Made by a program: the position numbers and the translations under genes
Part shown: positions 49,654 to 60,248 of the stretch, piece after piece
Position numbering within the stretch: the stretch's first letter is position 1
Layout of the letters: each line of letters opens with the position of its first letter
Notes under the pieces: model-generated
Databases searched by the model: none
Told to the model about the DNA's origin: nothing
What the model saw: only the letters and a program-made list of their open reading frames with translations
Origin: an uncultured beta proteobacterium
Lineage (GTDB): Bacteria > Pseudomonadota > Gammaproteobacteria > Burkholderiales > SG8-39
Assembly (NCBI GenBank): GCA_963782655.1
Contig: CAWALA010000001.1
Location: forward strand, 92,756-156,755
DNA length: 64,000 nt
Direction: 5' to 3'

Positions 49654-50310
49654 TGGACAGCACGCTTCACCTGGTCCTCGCGACCGTGGTGTTCCTCGGC
49701 CTGCACGTCCTGCCCAGCACGCCGCTGCGCGCGCTGGCGGTACGGCTGATCGGCGAAGGCCCCTACCTCGGGCTGTTCTCGCTTCTGTCGGCCGCCGGCC
49801 TGGTGTGGATGTCGGTGTCGTACGGCCGCGCGCCGATGGAGGCGCTGTGGCCGGCCCAGCACTTCGTACCGATTTTCGTGCTGCCATTCGCCTTCGTGCT
49901 GCTCGCCTGCGGCCTGCTCGCACGCAATCCGACGGCGACCGGGCAGGCCGGCGTGCTCAAGCACGGCGACGCAGCGCGCGGCATCCTGCGCATCACGCGC
50001 CATCCCGTCATGTGGGCCATCATGCTGTGGGCCGGCGCGCACATGCTCGCAGTCGGCTCGCTGCGCTCCGTGGTGTTCTTCGGCGGCCTGCTGCTGCTTG
50101 CCGCCGCCGGCACCACGCTGCAGGACGCGCGCAAGGCAAAGGCGCTGGGCGAGGACTGGAAGCGCTTTGCCGCCTCGACTTCGAACCTCCCCTTCGCCGC
50201 CATCGCGCAGGGCCGCAACAAGCTGGTGTGGCGGGAGATCGGCTGGTGGCGGCCCGCCGTCGGGCTCGTACTGTGCGGGGTCGTCCTCTACTCTCCACCC
50301 CTGGCTCTTC
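49654..50310 (+). CDS. NnrU-family membrane protein
   Basis: MDSTLHLVLATVVFLGLHVLPSTPLR...ITRHPVMWAIMLWAGAHMLAVG (NnrU signature). The last about 15 aa are frameshifted. Confidence 0.6.
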
Positions 50311-50328
50311 GGCTACCGCGCGTTACTG

Positions 50329-51122
50329 ATGGCGCCGCGCAAGGCGCGCGCGATCGCCGTGGCGCCCGCTGCCGGCGTGGCGGCGGCGAGGCGCGCGACG
50401 CTGCGCGAGGCGCTCGATCAGGTCCTCGCCAACATCCCGGGGACCCTGGCCGGCAAGGACCCGGAATACCTGCACCAGCTGCGCGTGGGAACGCGGCGCC
50501 TGCGCGCGGCGCTGCGCGTCTTCCGCGGCACGATGCAGCGCAAGGACGAGCGTGCGCTGCTGCGCACGTTGCGCAAGATGGCCGACGCCAGCGGCCCGGC
50601 GCGCGATTGGGACGTCAACGCGCCGCGTCTGCCGATGCGGCTGCGCGCCGAGGCCGCACGGCGGCGGCGCGCCGCGCATGCGCAGCTTCGGCGCGTCATC
50701 GGCGCCGTACAGCTCTGGATGCTGCCGCGCGGGCTCGCGGCCACCCGGCCCGCCCTGGACGCGTTCGCCCGCGAGGTGCTCGAGTCGCTGGATCGGAAAG
50801 CCACGCGCAAGGGCCAGGGAATCGATTGGAAGCGCGCGGGACAGCGCCACGCGTTGCGCATCCGCCTGCGCCGGCTGCGCTATACCAGCGAGTTTCTGAG
50901 CGGCGCGTTCCCCGGGCGGGACAGCGAGGCGCTGGTGCACAGCCTCAAGCAGCTGCAGGACCTGCTCGGAGAGCTGAACGACCTGGAGGTGGCGCGCCGG
51001 CTGACGCGGGAGCTCCCGGCAAACGGCGCCCGGCTTCGCCGACGGTGCGCGAGCAAGCGCTCCTGCGGCAATTGCCCGCGCCTGGCGAACGCTTTGCCGC
51101 CGCGCCGCGCTTCTGGCGCTGA
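50329..51122 (+). CDS. CHAD-domain protein; one frameshift near the 3' end
   Basis: ...YLHQLRVGTRRLRAALRVF...RHALRIRLRRLRYTSEF... (conserved-histidine alpha-helical domain pattern). Confidence 0.55.
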
Positions 51123-51148
51123 GCGCCCGGCGCAGGGCGTGGCGGCAG

Positions 51149-52559
51149 CTAGAGCGAACGCAGGAAGTTGAGCAGGTCCTGCTTCTGGCTGTCCCTGCAG
51201 GCCGTCGAATCTGCCGATCACGCCGTTCGCCTCCGAGCCTTCGCTGCGATGCTCGCCGAATCGCCTGCATCAGGTCCGTCGTGCGCCCGTCGTGCAGGAA
51301 GAAGATGCGCTGGCCCGAGGCCCCACAGCGGCGCGGTGCGGAACTCGCGCGGCCCCGCCTGGCCCTGCGAGACGCCGTCGGCCAGCCCGTCGCCCATGTC
51401 GTGCACCAGCAGGTCGGAGTAGAGGTTGACGTCCCGGTTGCGCAGCGCCACCACCGTCGAGTTGCCGGTGCGCAGCGTCGGCGTGTGGCAGAGCGCGCAC
51501 CCGATGCTGTCGAACAGCGTCGCGGCCCCTCGCGATCGATTGCGGCTCCGCCCGGCGTATCCGGGGAAGGCCTCGGCGGCGCGAGGAAGCGCTGGAAGTT
51601 GGCGAAGTTCTGGATCGCCGTGGTGCCGGTGAGAGCGTCGAGGGCGTCAAAGTCTTGCGTGTCGTTGGGAACCGTCGCGAACTGGCATGACGGAGTCTCG
51701 TCCCGCTCCACCTGGAACAGCTCGCTGGTGATGCCCATCTCCACGTTGTACGCCTCGCCGGAGAACAGCAGCAGGGATCTGGTTCTGGGCCTTCCATCCG
51801 AACCGGGCGATCGTGCCGTCATTGCCGTTGTTGTTCGCCTGGCCCGGAGATCGGTGCGGCCGGAGACGCGCGAAATTCGCCCGCCCGCGTATTCCCAGGT
51901 CCCTCTTCCGGCTCGAGCTGGCGGCCTGATTCGCCAGGATCGCCGCGTCCGGGATCTGTTCGATCAGGCCGGCGCCGAATACCGGGGTCGGAATCCGGAA
52001 GATCACGTTGCGGTTCGCTAATCTCCCGCTCGAAGTCCGGCTGCGCGAGTCTGCAGCCCGGCGGCGCCGCACCCGGCCGGCCGGTGATGGTGAACAGCGC
52101 ATGGACGCCGCCGTCCGGCGTACCGTCAGGGTTCCGCACGAACCTCGCTTCGCGAACCGGCCCATTCGCGCCTGATGAACGACGACTGCGGGGAGTTGGC
52201 GCCGGCGTCCTTCGTTGGCGAATGCCACCTGAGGATTCACCGCCGGGCTCGTTCCGCCGGTCGCCGGCTGCGAATGGCAGCCGCCGCAAGCGTCCAGGTT
52301 CATCCTCGGTCCCAAGCCGTCGGCGACGCTCTTCCACTTCCTCGAATTCTTCCTTGCCCAATCTGAAGAACCGGATCTCGTTGTCGGTCAGGCGGGCGAT
52401 GTGCCCCCCGGCGCTCGGACGAGCGCCCGGAGGATCCACGCGCACGCCCGGATCGCGCACGCCATCCCGCAACTGCGAAGAGACGGGGTCAATGGAAAAA
52501 GCGGCCGCAACAGCGAACGCTGTCGTGGAAATGGCAAGCAACATCGATTTCCTGTGCAT
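51149..52559 (-). CDS. di-haem cytochrome c peroxidase-like / DUF1111 family thiol oxidoreductase; at least 4 frameshifts
   Basis: Signal peptide MHRKSMLLAISTTAFAVAAAFS. CGGCH haem site, ...EFRTAPLWGL..., C-terminus ...QKQDLLNFLRSL* recovered across frames. Confidence 0.6.
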
Positions 52560-52796
52560 GACTGGCCTCCTCCCGTTTCCGGGTCTGCCCGTCCGCATGC
52601 ATTACGCGTGCCACTTGGGTGATGCGATAGAAAACATGCGCTTGCACGGAAGCAGTAAATTTTGCGCCGCCAAATCGATGTGCCGCCACGACAAATCGTC
52701 CGCGGGCGACGACACGCTCTGACAAACTCCTGAGGATTCAAGCGCCCCATGCGTAGCCACCGCACGACATCGGCAGACTTGCGTGACGAAGGTCAC

Positions 52797-52826
52797 GGAA
52801 AATCGGGGTCAGAGCGCGATTCTTAT
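52797..52826. repeat. degenerate copy of the palindromic repeat (AAATCGGGGTCAGAGCGCGATTCTT) immediately 3' of the thioesterase gene
   Basis: Arms AATCGCGC/CCCCGATT (2 mismatches) around TCTGA, read on the minus strand. Confidence 0.4.
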
Positions 52827-53215
52827 GCCAGCTTTTTCTGTATGCGCTGGTCGAACTTGGCGACGTTGACCACCACGCGCTCGTGGATGCCGTCGCCGAT
52901 GAGCTCGCGCTCATCGTGCGCCTCCACGCGAAAGTGCACGGTCCTGCCCTCCACACCCACCACCTGGGCGCTTGCCGTCACGCGCATGCCGACGGGCGTG
53001 GCGGCGATGTGACGCACGTTGAGGACAGTGCCGAGACTCTGGTGACCCGGCGGCAGCAGGCGCTCGATCGCGTCGAGGGCCGCCGCCTCGAACAGATTGA
53101 TCATCACTGGCGTGGCCAGCACGTGCACGCGCCCGCTGCCTATGCGCGGCGCAGTGTGCTCCTCGCCGACCACCAGCGTGGCACTGCCCTGCAGACCCGG
53201 CTTGAGCGCCTCCAT
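52823..53215 (-). CDS. hotdog-fold acyl-CoA thioesterase (PaaI/4HBT-like)
   Basis: Intact about 130 aa MEALKPGLQGSATLVVGEEHTAPRIGSG.... Confidence 0.6.
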   Translation of the reverse strand: MEALKPGLQGSATLVVGEEHTAPRIGSGRVHVLATPVMINLFEAAALDAIERLLPPGHQSLGTVLNVRHIAATPVGMRVTASAQVVGVEGRTVHFRVEAHDERELIGDGIHERVVVNVAKFDQRIQKKLA

Positions 53216-53235
53216 GTGCAGGCTATGATAGCCGC

Positions 53236-54493
53236 ATGACCCAGCGTGTCGTGATTCTCGGCTGTGGCTTCGGCGGGCTGTTCGCGGCGCGCGCACTGCG
53301 CAACGCACCCGTCGAGATCACGGTGCTCGACCGCACCAACCACCACCTGTTCCAGCCGCTCCTCTACCAGGTGGCCACCGCCGGGCCTCGCCGCGCCGGC
53401 GGTCGCCGAGCCGATCCGGCGCATCCTCGCCGGCCAGAAGAACACGACCGTGCTGCTACGGCGAAGCGCAGCGCGTGGACCTCGCGGCGACGCAAGGTCG
53501 TCCTGGAGGACGGCGAAGCGCTCGCCTACGACCGGCTGATCCTCGCCACCGGCGCGCGCGACAGCTACTTCGGCCACGACGACTGGGCGCGGCACGCGCC
53601 CGGGCTGAAGACGCTGGAAGACGCGTTCGACATCCGCCGCCGCGTGCTTCTCGCCTTCGAGCACGCCGAGCGCGAAACGGACCCCGCGAAGCGCGCCGCC
53701 TGGCTCACCTTCGTCGTGATCGGCGCGGGCGCCACCGGCGTGGAGATGGCGGGCATGCTCGCCGAGATCGCGCGCCACACGCTGAAAGGGGAGTTCCGCC
53801 GCTTCGATCCGCGCAACGCGCGCGTGGTGCTGGTGGAGGCCACCGACCGCGTGCTGCCGCCCTACACGCCGGACCTCTCCGAGAAAGCCCGCCGGCAGCT
53901 CGAGCGCATCGGCGTCACGGTGTGGCTCGGACGCCGCGTCACCGGCATCGACGAGCGCGGCGTGCAGCTCGGCGGCGAGCGGCTGGAAGCGAGCACGGTG
54001 ATCTGGTGCGCCGGCGTGGCGGGATCGCCGCATCGGGGCCACTCTCGGCGTGCCGCTCGACCGCGCCGGGCGCGTCATCGTGGAGCCGGACCTCTCAGTG
54101 CCCGGTCATCCGGAAGTCCAGGTGGTGGGCGATCTCGCGCTGCTGCCCTCGCACCAGCCGCCCGTGCCGGGCGTGGCGCCCGCCGCCAAGCAGATGGGGC
54201 GCCACGCCGCGCGCAACATCCTCGCCGCCCTTGCCGGCAAGCCGGCGCGCCCGTTCCGCTACCGGGATTACGGCCAGCTCGCCACCATCGGCAGGAGTGC
54301 CGCGGTGGCGATGTTCGGGAGCGTGCACATCTGGGGCTGGCTCGCCTGGGTGGCCTGGCTCACCGCGCACATCTACTTCCTGATCGGATTCAGGAACCGC
54401 CTGGTGGTGCTGATCGACTGGGCGTGGGCCTACTGGACCTTCGAGCGCTCGGCGCGCATCGTCATCGGCACGGGCGGGCGGCCGGAGAGCTGA
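53236..54493 (+). CDS. ndh: type II NADH:quinone oxidoreductase (NDH-2); about 3 frameshifts
   Basis: VVILGCGFGGLFAAR (first FAD/NAD GxGxxG) ...VVIGAGATGVEMAG (second) ...C-terminal membrane-anchoring amphipathic region. Confidence 0.8.
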
Positions 54494-54496
54494 GGG

Positions 54497-54769
54497 CTAG
54501 CGCCCCTTGCGCGACTCGGAGATGAAGAAGCGCGCGCGGGATGCCGTGTCCTCGCACTCGGCGAAATCCTCCACCGCCTGGTTGGCCTTCGCCCGGGTGA
54601 GCAGGCCGAGCGCCTTGCTGTAGCTCACGGTGCCGTCGAAACCCTGCGCCTTGGCGAGGTCCAGGTCCTTCCAGGCGGCGTCGAGAAGCGTACTGCAATG
54701 GTCGCGGCTCCCCGTGGTGCTGCAGGCGGACAGCGCCGCGACCAGGGCAAGCAAGATAAGGGTTCTCAT
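54497..54769 (-). CDS. small lipoprotein, hypothetical
   Basis: MRTLILLALVAALSAC lipobox, 90 aa. Confidence 0.4.
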   Translation of the reverse strand: MRTLILLALVAALSACSTTGSRDHCSTLLDAAWKDLDLAKAQGFDGTVSYSKALGLLTRAKANQAVEDFAECEDTASRARFFISESRKGR

Positions 54770-54814
54770 GCGGCTATGTTACTTCGATCACGCATGCCAT
54801 GACCTGCGCAAGCA

Positions 54815-55630
54815 CTAGCGGCCCCAGAGCCAGGCCGCGCCGCGCACCCCGCTCGCGTCGCCGTGCCTCGGCGGCAGCAGGCGCGTGGCCACCTGGTCCG
54901 AAAACACGTACGGCTGCCAGAGCCTGGGCACGTTCTCGTACAGGCGCGCCACCTTCGAGATGCCGCCGCCGAGCACGATCACGTCCGGGTCGAGGATGTT
55001 GATCACGCCCGCCAGCGCGCGCGCCAGGCGCTCCTCGTAGGCGTCGAGGGCGCTTTCGCCTCCGTCGCGCTCGAGCGCCGGACCTGAAAGGTAGGTTTCG
55101 ATGCAGCCGGACCTGCCGCAGTAGCAGGGGCGAAGCGGAAGGTCGGAGGGTTGCGGCAGGGGCAAAGGGTTGTGGCCCCATTCGCCGGCGATCGCATTCG
55201 GGCCGGTGAGCACCTCGCCGCGCACCACGATTCCGCCGCCCACGCCGGTGCCAAGGATCACGCCGAACACCACGTCTGCCCCCTGCCCCGCGCCGTCCAC
55301 CGCTTCGGAGAGGGCGAAGCAGTTGGCATCGTTCGCGAGCCGGACTTCGCGGCCGATGGCCTTCTCGAGATCCTGCCGCAGCGGCTTGCCGATGAGCCAG
55401 GTGGAGTTCGCGTTCTTCACCAACCCGGTGACCCGGGACAATGCGCCGGGGATGCCTACGCCGACCGTGCCATCGCCCGCCTCGCGCACCAGGCTCGCGA
55501 CGGCGGCGAGCGTGGCCGCGTAGTCGCCACGCGGGGTGGGAATTCTCTTGCGGAAAGCTTCCCTGCCTGCGGCATCGAGGGCGAGGGCTTCGATCTTGGT
55601 GCCGCCGAGGTCTATGCCGATGCGCTGCAT
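54815..55630 (-). CDS. ROK-family sugar kinase (N-acetylglucosamine kinase / fructokinase-like)
   Basis: Intact. IGIDLGGTK...CYCGRSGCIETYLSG (ROK Zn motif). Confidence 0.7.
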   Translation of the reverse strand: MQRIGIDLGGTKIEALALDAAGREAFRKRIPTPRGDYAATLAAVASLVREAGDGTVGVGIPGALSRVTGLVKNANSTWLIGKPLRQDLEKAIGREVRLANDANCFALSEAVDGAGQGADVVFGVILGTGVGGGIVVRGEVLTGPNAIAGEWGHNPLPLPQPSDLPLRPCYCGRSGCIETYLSGPALERDGGESALDAYEERLARALAGVINILDPDVIVLGGGISKVARLYENVPRLWQPYVFSDQVATRLLPPRHGDASGVRGAAWLWGR

Positions 55631-55639
55631 CAGCCGGAA

Positions 55640-56155
55640 CTATATCGTTGCGCTCAGCACCGGCGCCATCGACTCCTGCAAAGACTTGCGCGCCCGGCGC
55701 ACCATGCCCCACACGTTGTTGGGGGTCACCCCGAGCAGGCGCGAGACTTCGCCGGCGTCGCGACCTTCCAGTTCCGAGAGCACAAAGGCCTGGGCCGAGC
55801 GCTCGGGCAGGCGTGCCAGCTGGCGTTGCAAGGCCTCCAGCAGCCTCGAGTGCTCCAAGCCGACCGCCGGGTCGGCTTCCGGCGAGGGAATTTCAGGCGC
55901 TTGCTCCTCGTTCGCCCCGAGGCTTTCCACCGCGCGCTCGGGCGCCCGGTAGCTGTCCACGATGCGGTGCTTGAGGATGCCGGTGAGCCAGGTGCGCGCG
56001 CTGCTCTCGGCGCGAAAGCCCTGCACCGCGCCCAGCGCGGCGACGAACGTGTCCTGCACCAGATCCTCGGCCAGGCCGCTGTCGCCCACGCGCCGCAGCG
56101 CGAAGGCGTAAAGGTAATCGCGGTGCTGGTCGAGATCGCGGGCGGCGAATGGCAT
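55640..56155 (-). CDS. RNA polymerase ECF-type sigma-70 factor
   Basis: Region 2 ...YLYAFALRRVGDSGLAEDLVQDTFV... and region 4 ...LSELEGRDAGEVSRLLGVTPNNVWGMVRRAR. An alternative upstream start at 56176. Confidence 0.75.
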   Translation of the reverse strand: MPFAARDLDQHRDYLYAFALRRVGDSGLAEDLVQDTFVAALGAVQGFRAESSARTWLTGILKHRIVDSYRAPERAVESLGANEEQAPEIPSPEADPAVGLEHSRLLEALQRQLARLPERSAQAFVLSELEGRDAGEVSRLLGVTPNNVWGMVRRARKSLQESMAPVLSATI

Positions 56156-56159
56156 GGTT

Positions 56160-56664
56160 TCAGCCTCCAATGACAAGAACGGCGTTGTGGATCACTTCAG
56201 GGGTCAGGGTGACGTAGCGGCGACGGCGCGACGGCGACCAGGTGACCACGGCGAGGCGCCCGGTTTCATCTGGCAGCTCGGCGAGCGCGCCGCGGCGCAA
56301 CACGACCGCGTCGAACCGCGGCACATCGCGGGGCCCGAGCGCGAACACCGCGCGCAACTGCTGCTCGTACGCCGCGGCGGCGCGCACCGGGTCACTTTGG
56401 TCGGCCACGTCGGCGTGCAGCTGGCCGGGGCGCAGGCCCAGCGAGTCAAAGCGCGCCCTGCTGCGGGCCGGCGTCGGGCAGCAGCCCTCGAACAGCGTGT
56501 CGGCGAGGAACAGCTGGGCTTCGCCCCAGAAGCGCTTCGCCGTGCGACAGCGTGTCGAGCAGTCCCGGTGTCAGCACCGACGGCGACACCGCGATGCGGT
56601 AGCGGCGGCCGCCGGCGACGGCTTGGGCAGGGAGGGCTGGTACGGCTTGCATGGCCCGCATCAT
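56160..56664 (-). CDS. hypothetical protein immediately upstream of (co-directional with) the ECF sigma gene; one frameshift
   Basis: Two ORF pieces (56446-56664, 56160-56408) with GC3 bias. No recognisable anti-sigma motif. Confidence 0.35.
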
Positions 56665-56725
56665 CGGCTTTCCCGGGTGAGGGGAAAATCCGTGGCGCTA
56701 CCACCCCGCTTAGGTAGTACTACTA

Positions 56726-58777
56726 GTGATCGCGCGCGCGAATACTGCTAGCGTTACGCCCATGCTGAAGAAGTGGATCCTGCCGAACGCGCTGGTGGCC
56801 GTGGCTTACGCCGCGGCCTCCGAGCTCGCGCTGAATCTGTTGCGCTATGCGGCCGAGACGGCGGTGGTGTGGTTCGCCTCCGGCGTAGGCATCGCCGCCA
56901 TGCTGCTGCTCGGCACTCGCGCGCTGCCCGGCATCGCGCTCGGCGCCATGCTGTGCGCGATCTTCAGCCAGAAGCCCGCGGGCATGGTGCTGCTGTCCAC
57001 GCTGCTCACCACCGGGCAGATCTGGCTCACCTGGTGGCTGCTGGTGCGCGTGGTCGGGTTCAGCCCAGCCCTGGCGCGGGTGCGCGACATCGTGAAGCTG
57101 GTGTTCATCGGCGCCACCGTGTCGCCGATCCTGAACGGCGTGCGCGCCTTCGCGCAGTACGCCCTGCAAGACGACAAGCTGCCGATGCCGGCGCACGCGC
57201 TGGTCAAGGCGGCGATGCTGGGGGAAATGGCCGGCATCCTGCTGCTGGTGCCCGCGGTGCTCGCCTGGGCACATTCGCGCGGCCAGTGGCTGCGGCCGGG
57301 CGAACGCGCCGAGGCGACGCTGCTCTACGCCGCCACCATTGCCGCGGCGCTCGGCGTGTTCGGCAGCATGCTGCAGCCGATGCTGCTGGTCGCTTCGCTG
57401 CCCTACGCGATGTTCCCGGTGCTGTTCTGGGCAGCGGCGCGTTTCGGCACGCGCGAAACCGCGACGCTGTTCTTCCTCATTGGCGTGATCGCCGTTGCGG
57501 GCACAGGCTTGGGCCGCGGCCCCTTCGGCGAGGCGCACATCCCGTTCGGCGGCGTCTATGGCAATCTCGCCGAGCTGTACCTGTTCCTGCTGGTGCTCGG
57601 CGCGACCTCCCTGATTTTCGCCGGCGGCCGCCAGCAGCTGGTGGCCAGCCAGCGCGCGCTGCGCGAGAGCGAAGAGAAGTACCGCCTGCTGGTGGACCAC
57701 CAGACCGACCTGGTGGCCAAATTCGGCATCGACGGGCGCATCCAGTACGTAAGCCCCTCGCACCGCGAGTTCTACGGCAAGCCGGAGGCGGATTTCATCG
57801 GCCGCACCCTGCCCGAGGCGGTGCGGCTGCACGACGAGGAACGGGGCTGCGTGGCCGACGCCTGGAAGGAAGTGCTGGCCCCGCCCTACCAGACGAGCCA
57901 CGAGCACCGCGTGCTCACGCCGCGCGGCTGGCGCTGGATGGCGGTGCTGGCGCGCGCGGTGCTCGGCGTTGACGCCCGTCCGCAGTTCGTCGTGGCGGTA
58001 GCGCGCGACGTCACCGAGCGGCGCCGCGCCGAGGAGCAGGCGCGCCAGCACCTGCAGCAACTGGCGCACGTGTCGCGCTTGTCTTCGATGGGCGAAATGG
58101 CGAGCGCCATCGCGCACGAGATCAACCAGCCCCTGACCGCGATCGTCAACTACGCCTCCGCATGCCTGCGCCTGCTGCGCTCCGGCAAGGCGCAGCCCGG
58201 CGAGGCGATCGATGTCATGCAGCGCGTCGCCGCCGAGGCCGAGCGCGCCGGCGAGATCGTGCGCAAGATGCGCGGCTTCGTGCGCGGGGAGGAAAGCCAG
58301 ATGGCAATGGTCGAGCCGGGTTTCCTGGCGACCGAGGTCATGCGCCTGGCGGCGGCCGAGGCGCGCCAGAGCGGAGTCGAGCTGAAGTCCGCAGTCGAGC
58401 CCGACCTGCCGGCAGTGCTCGCCGATTCCATCCAGATCCAGCAGGTGCTGCTCAACCTGGTGCGCAATGCCGTGGAAGCGGTGGACAGCGCAGACAGCCA
58501 GCGGCGCGAAGTCAATCTCGTCGTGGGGCGTGCCGCCGACGGCGGTGTGCAGTTCACCGTGCGCGACACCGGCCCGGGCCTGGCGCCCGAGGCGCTGGAC
58601 AAGGTGTTCGAGCCCTTCTACACCACCAAGGCCGACGGCATCGGCATCGGTCTTCCGCTCAGCCGCTCGATCGCGGATGCACACGGCGGGCGCCTGTGGG
58701 CCAGCCCGGAAGCGCAGGGCGCCGCGTTCCACCTGGTGCTGCCTTCGACGCAGGAACTGGAGCATGCCGCTGCCTGA
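56726..58777 (+). CDS. sensor histidine kinase: MASE1 membrane domain, PAS, HisKA/HATPase (FixL-like)
   Basis: Intact 683 aa. ...HVSRLSSMGEMASAIAHEINQPLTAI (H box) ...GPGL...GIGIGL (G boxes). N-terminal 8-TM MASE1-like region. Confidence 0.8.
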   Translation: MIARANTASVTPMLKKWILPNALVAVAYAAASELALNLLRYAAETAVVWFASGVGIAAMLLLGTRALPGIALGAMLCAIFSQKPAGMVLLSTLLTTGQIWLTWWLLVRVVGFSPALARVRDIVKLVFIGATVSPILNGVRAFAQYALQDDKLPMPAHALVKAAMLGEMAGILLLVPAVLAWAHSRGQWLRPGERAEATLLYAATIAAALGVFGSMLQPMLLVASLPYAMFPVLFWAAARFGTRETATLFFLIGVIAVAGTGLGRGPFGEAHIPFGGVYGNLAELYLFLLVLGATSLIFAGGRQQLVASQRALRESEEKYRLLVDHQTDLVAKFGIDGRIQYVSPSHREFYGKPEADFIGRTLPEAVRLHDEERGCVADAWKEVLAPPYQTSHEHRVLTPRGWRWMAVLARAVLGVDARPQFVVAVARDVTERRRAEEQARQHLQQLAHVSRLSSMGEMASAIAHEINQPLTAIVNYASACLRLLRSGKAQPGEAIDVMQRVAAEAERAGEIVRKMRGFVRGEESQMAMVEPGFLATEVMRLAAAEARQSGVELKSAVEPDLPAVLADSIQIQQVLLNLVRNAVEAVDSADSQRREVNLVVGRAADGGVQFTVRDTGPGLAPEALDKVFEPFYTTKADGIGIGLPLSRSIADAHGGRLWASPEAQGAAFHLVLPSTQELEHAAA

Positions 58778-59378
58778 GCCAATGGTGCACGTGGTGGACG
58801 ACGAGTCGGCGATTCGCGATTCGCTCGCCATGCTGTTGCGCTCGGTGGGCGTGAAGAGCCGCGCCTACGCCGGTGCGCACGAGTTCCTCGAGGCCTGGCG
58901 GCCTGCCGCACAGGAGTGCCTGGTGTGCGACGTGCGCATGCCCGGCATGAGCGGCCTGGAGCTGCAGGAAGCGCTGAAGGCGCGCAATGCGCAACTGCCG
59001 GTGGTGCTGATCACCGGCCACGGCGACGTGGCGATGGCGGTGCGTGCGATGAAGGCCGGCGCCAGCGATTTCATCGAGAAGCCGTTCAACGACCAGGTGC
59101 TGCTGGACGCCGTGAACCGCGCGCTCGCGCGCGCGCGCGACGGCCAGGGTACGGGCCGTGCCGAGGTCGAGGTGCGCATCGAGTCCCTCACCCCGCGCGA
59201 GCGCGAAGTGATGCTGCTGGTGGCCGAAGGCCGGCCGAACAAGGTGGTCGCCACCCGGCTTGGCCTGTCAACGCGCACGGTGGAAGTGCACCGCGCCAAG
59301 GTGATGGAGAAGCTGCAGGCGCGCTCGCTGGCGGAACTCGTGCGCATGGCGATCCTCTGCGACCTGATGCGCCCTTAG
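58764..59378 (+). CDS. FixJ/NarL-family response regulator (REC plus LuxR-type HTH)
   Basis: Intact. VHVVDDESAIRDSL...DVRMPGMSGLEL...LTPREREVMLLVAEGRPNKVVATRLGLSTRTVEVHRAKVMEKL. Confidence 0.85.
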   Translation: MPLPEPMVHVVDDESAIRDSLAMLLRSVGVKSRAYAGAHEFLEAWRPAAQECLVCDVRMPGMSGLELQEALKARNAQLPVVLITGHGDVAMAVRAMKAGASDFIEKPFNDQVLLDAVNRALARARDGQGTGRAEVEVRIESLTPREREVMLLVAEGRPNKVVATRLGLSTRTVEVHRAKVMEKLQARSLAELVRMAILCDLMRP

Positions 59379-59398
59379 TGCTTGGTTAGAATGGCGGG

Positions 59399-60241
59399 GT
59401 GCAAGCCGTCGCCGCCACGTTCGCTGCCCTGATGGTCGCCGCCGCGCCCGCCTGGAGCGCAAGTGCCATCCAGGTGCGCGTCGCGGATGCCGACTGGGGC
59501 GACGTCGAGCCGGCACGCATCGCAGCGGTGCTGGAGACCACGGCGCGCGAGCTGGCCGCGCTGTTTCCGGGAGACGCCCCGCTGCGCGTGCTGGTGTCGC
59601 CCACGGGGAGCGCGCCGATGGTCCTGTTCCAGCGCACGCCGCAGGGCGAGCACCATGTGCTGTTGCGCGCGCGCGACGCCAACTGGGCACACTACGCCTA
59701 CGAGTTCGCCCACGAGCTGGGCCACATCCTGACCAATTACGAGCGCCACGCCCGCGATCCCTTTGCCGCCCGCCACCAGTGGTTCGAGGAATCCCTGTGC
59801 GAGATGCTGTCCGTGTACGCCCTGCGGCGGATGGCCGCGCGCGCGCCGGACGAGGCCGGCGCGCCGTACGCGGGTTTTGCCGACATGGTGCTTGGCGAAC
59901 CGCACCGGCGCGCGGCGTACGGCATGGATCTCGCCGCCTGGCTGCAATCCAACGAGGCTGCGCTGCGCGCCGATCCCTACCAGCGCAAGCGCAACGAGGC
60001 GGCGACCATGCGGCTGCTGGAGATCTTCTCGCGCGAATCCCGCATGAAGGCGCTCGCCTACCTCAACCTGGGCGAGGCGCCGGTGCCGCCGACGTTCCGC
60101 GGCTACCTCGAGGAGTGGCGCGACCGCACCCCGGCCCCGCTGCGGCCGCCGGTGCAGGAGGTGTTGGCGGCTTTCGGCTTCGACAAGAACGAAAGGCCAC
60201 CGGCCGCTGTGGCGGCCGGTGGCCTTTCTTTGAGCTACTAG
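59399..60241 (+). CDS. secreted hypothetical protein with HExxH zinc-metallopeptidase-like motif
   Basis: Signal peptide MQAVAATFAALMVAAAPAWSASA. AHYAYEFAHELGHIL. No other family signature recognised. Confidence 0.45.
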   Translation: MQAVAATFAALMVAAAPAWSASAIQVRVADADWGDVEPARIAAVLETTARELAALFPGDAPLRVLVSPTGSAPMVLFQRTPQGEHHVLLRARDANWAHYAYEFAHELGHILTNYERHARDPFAARHQWFEESLCEMLSVYALRRMAARAPDEAGAPYAGFADMVLGEPHRRAAYGMDLAAWLQSNEAALRADPYQRKRNEAATMRLLEIFSRESRMKALAYLNLGEAPVPPTFRGYLEEWRDRTPAPLRPPVQEVLAAFGFDKNERPPAAVAAGGLSLSY

Positions 60242-60248
60242 GCGAAGC

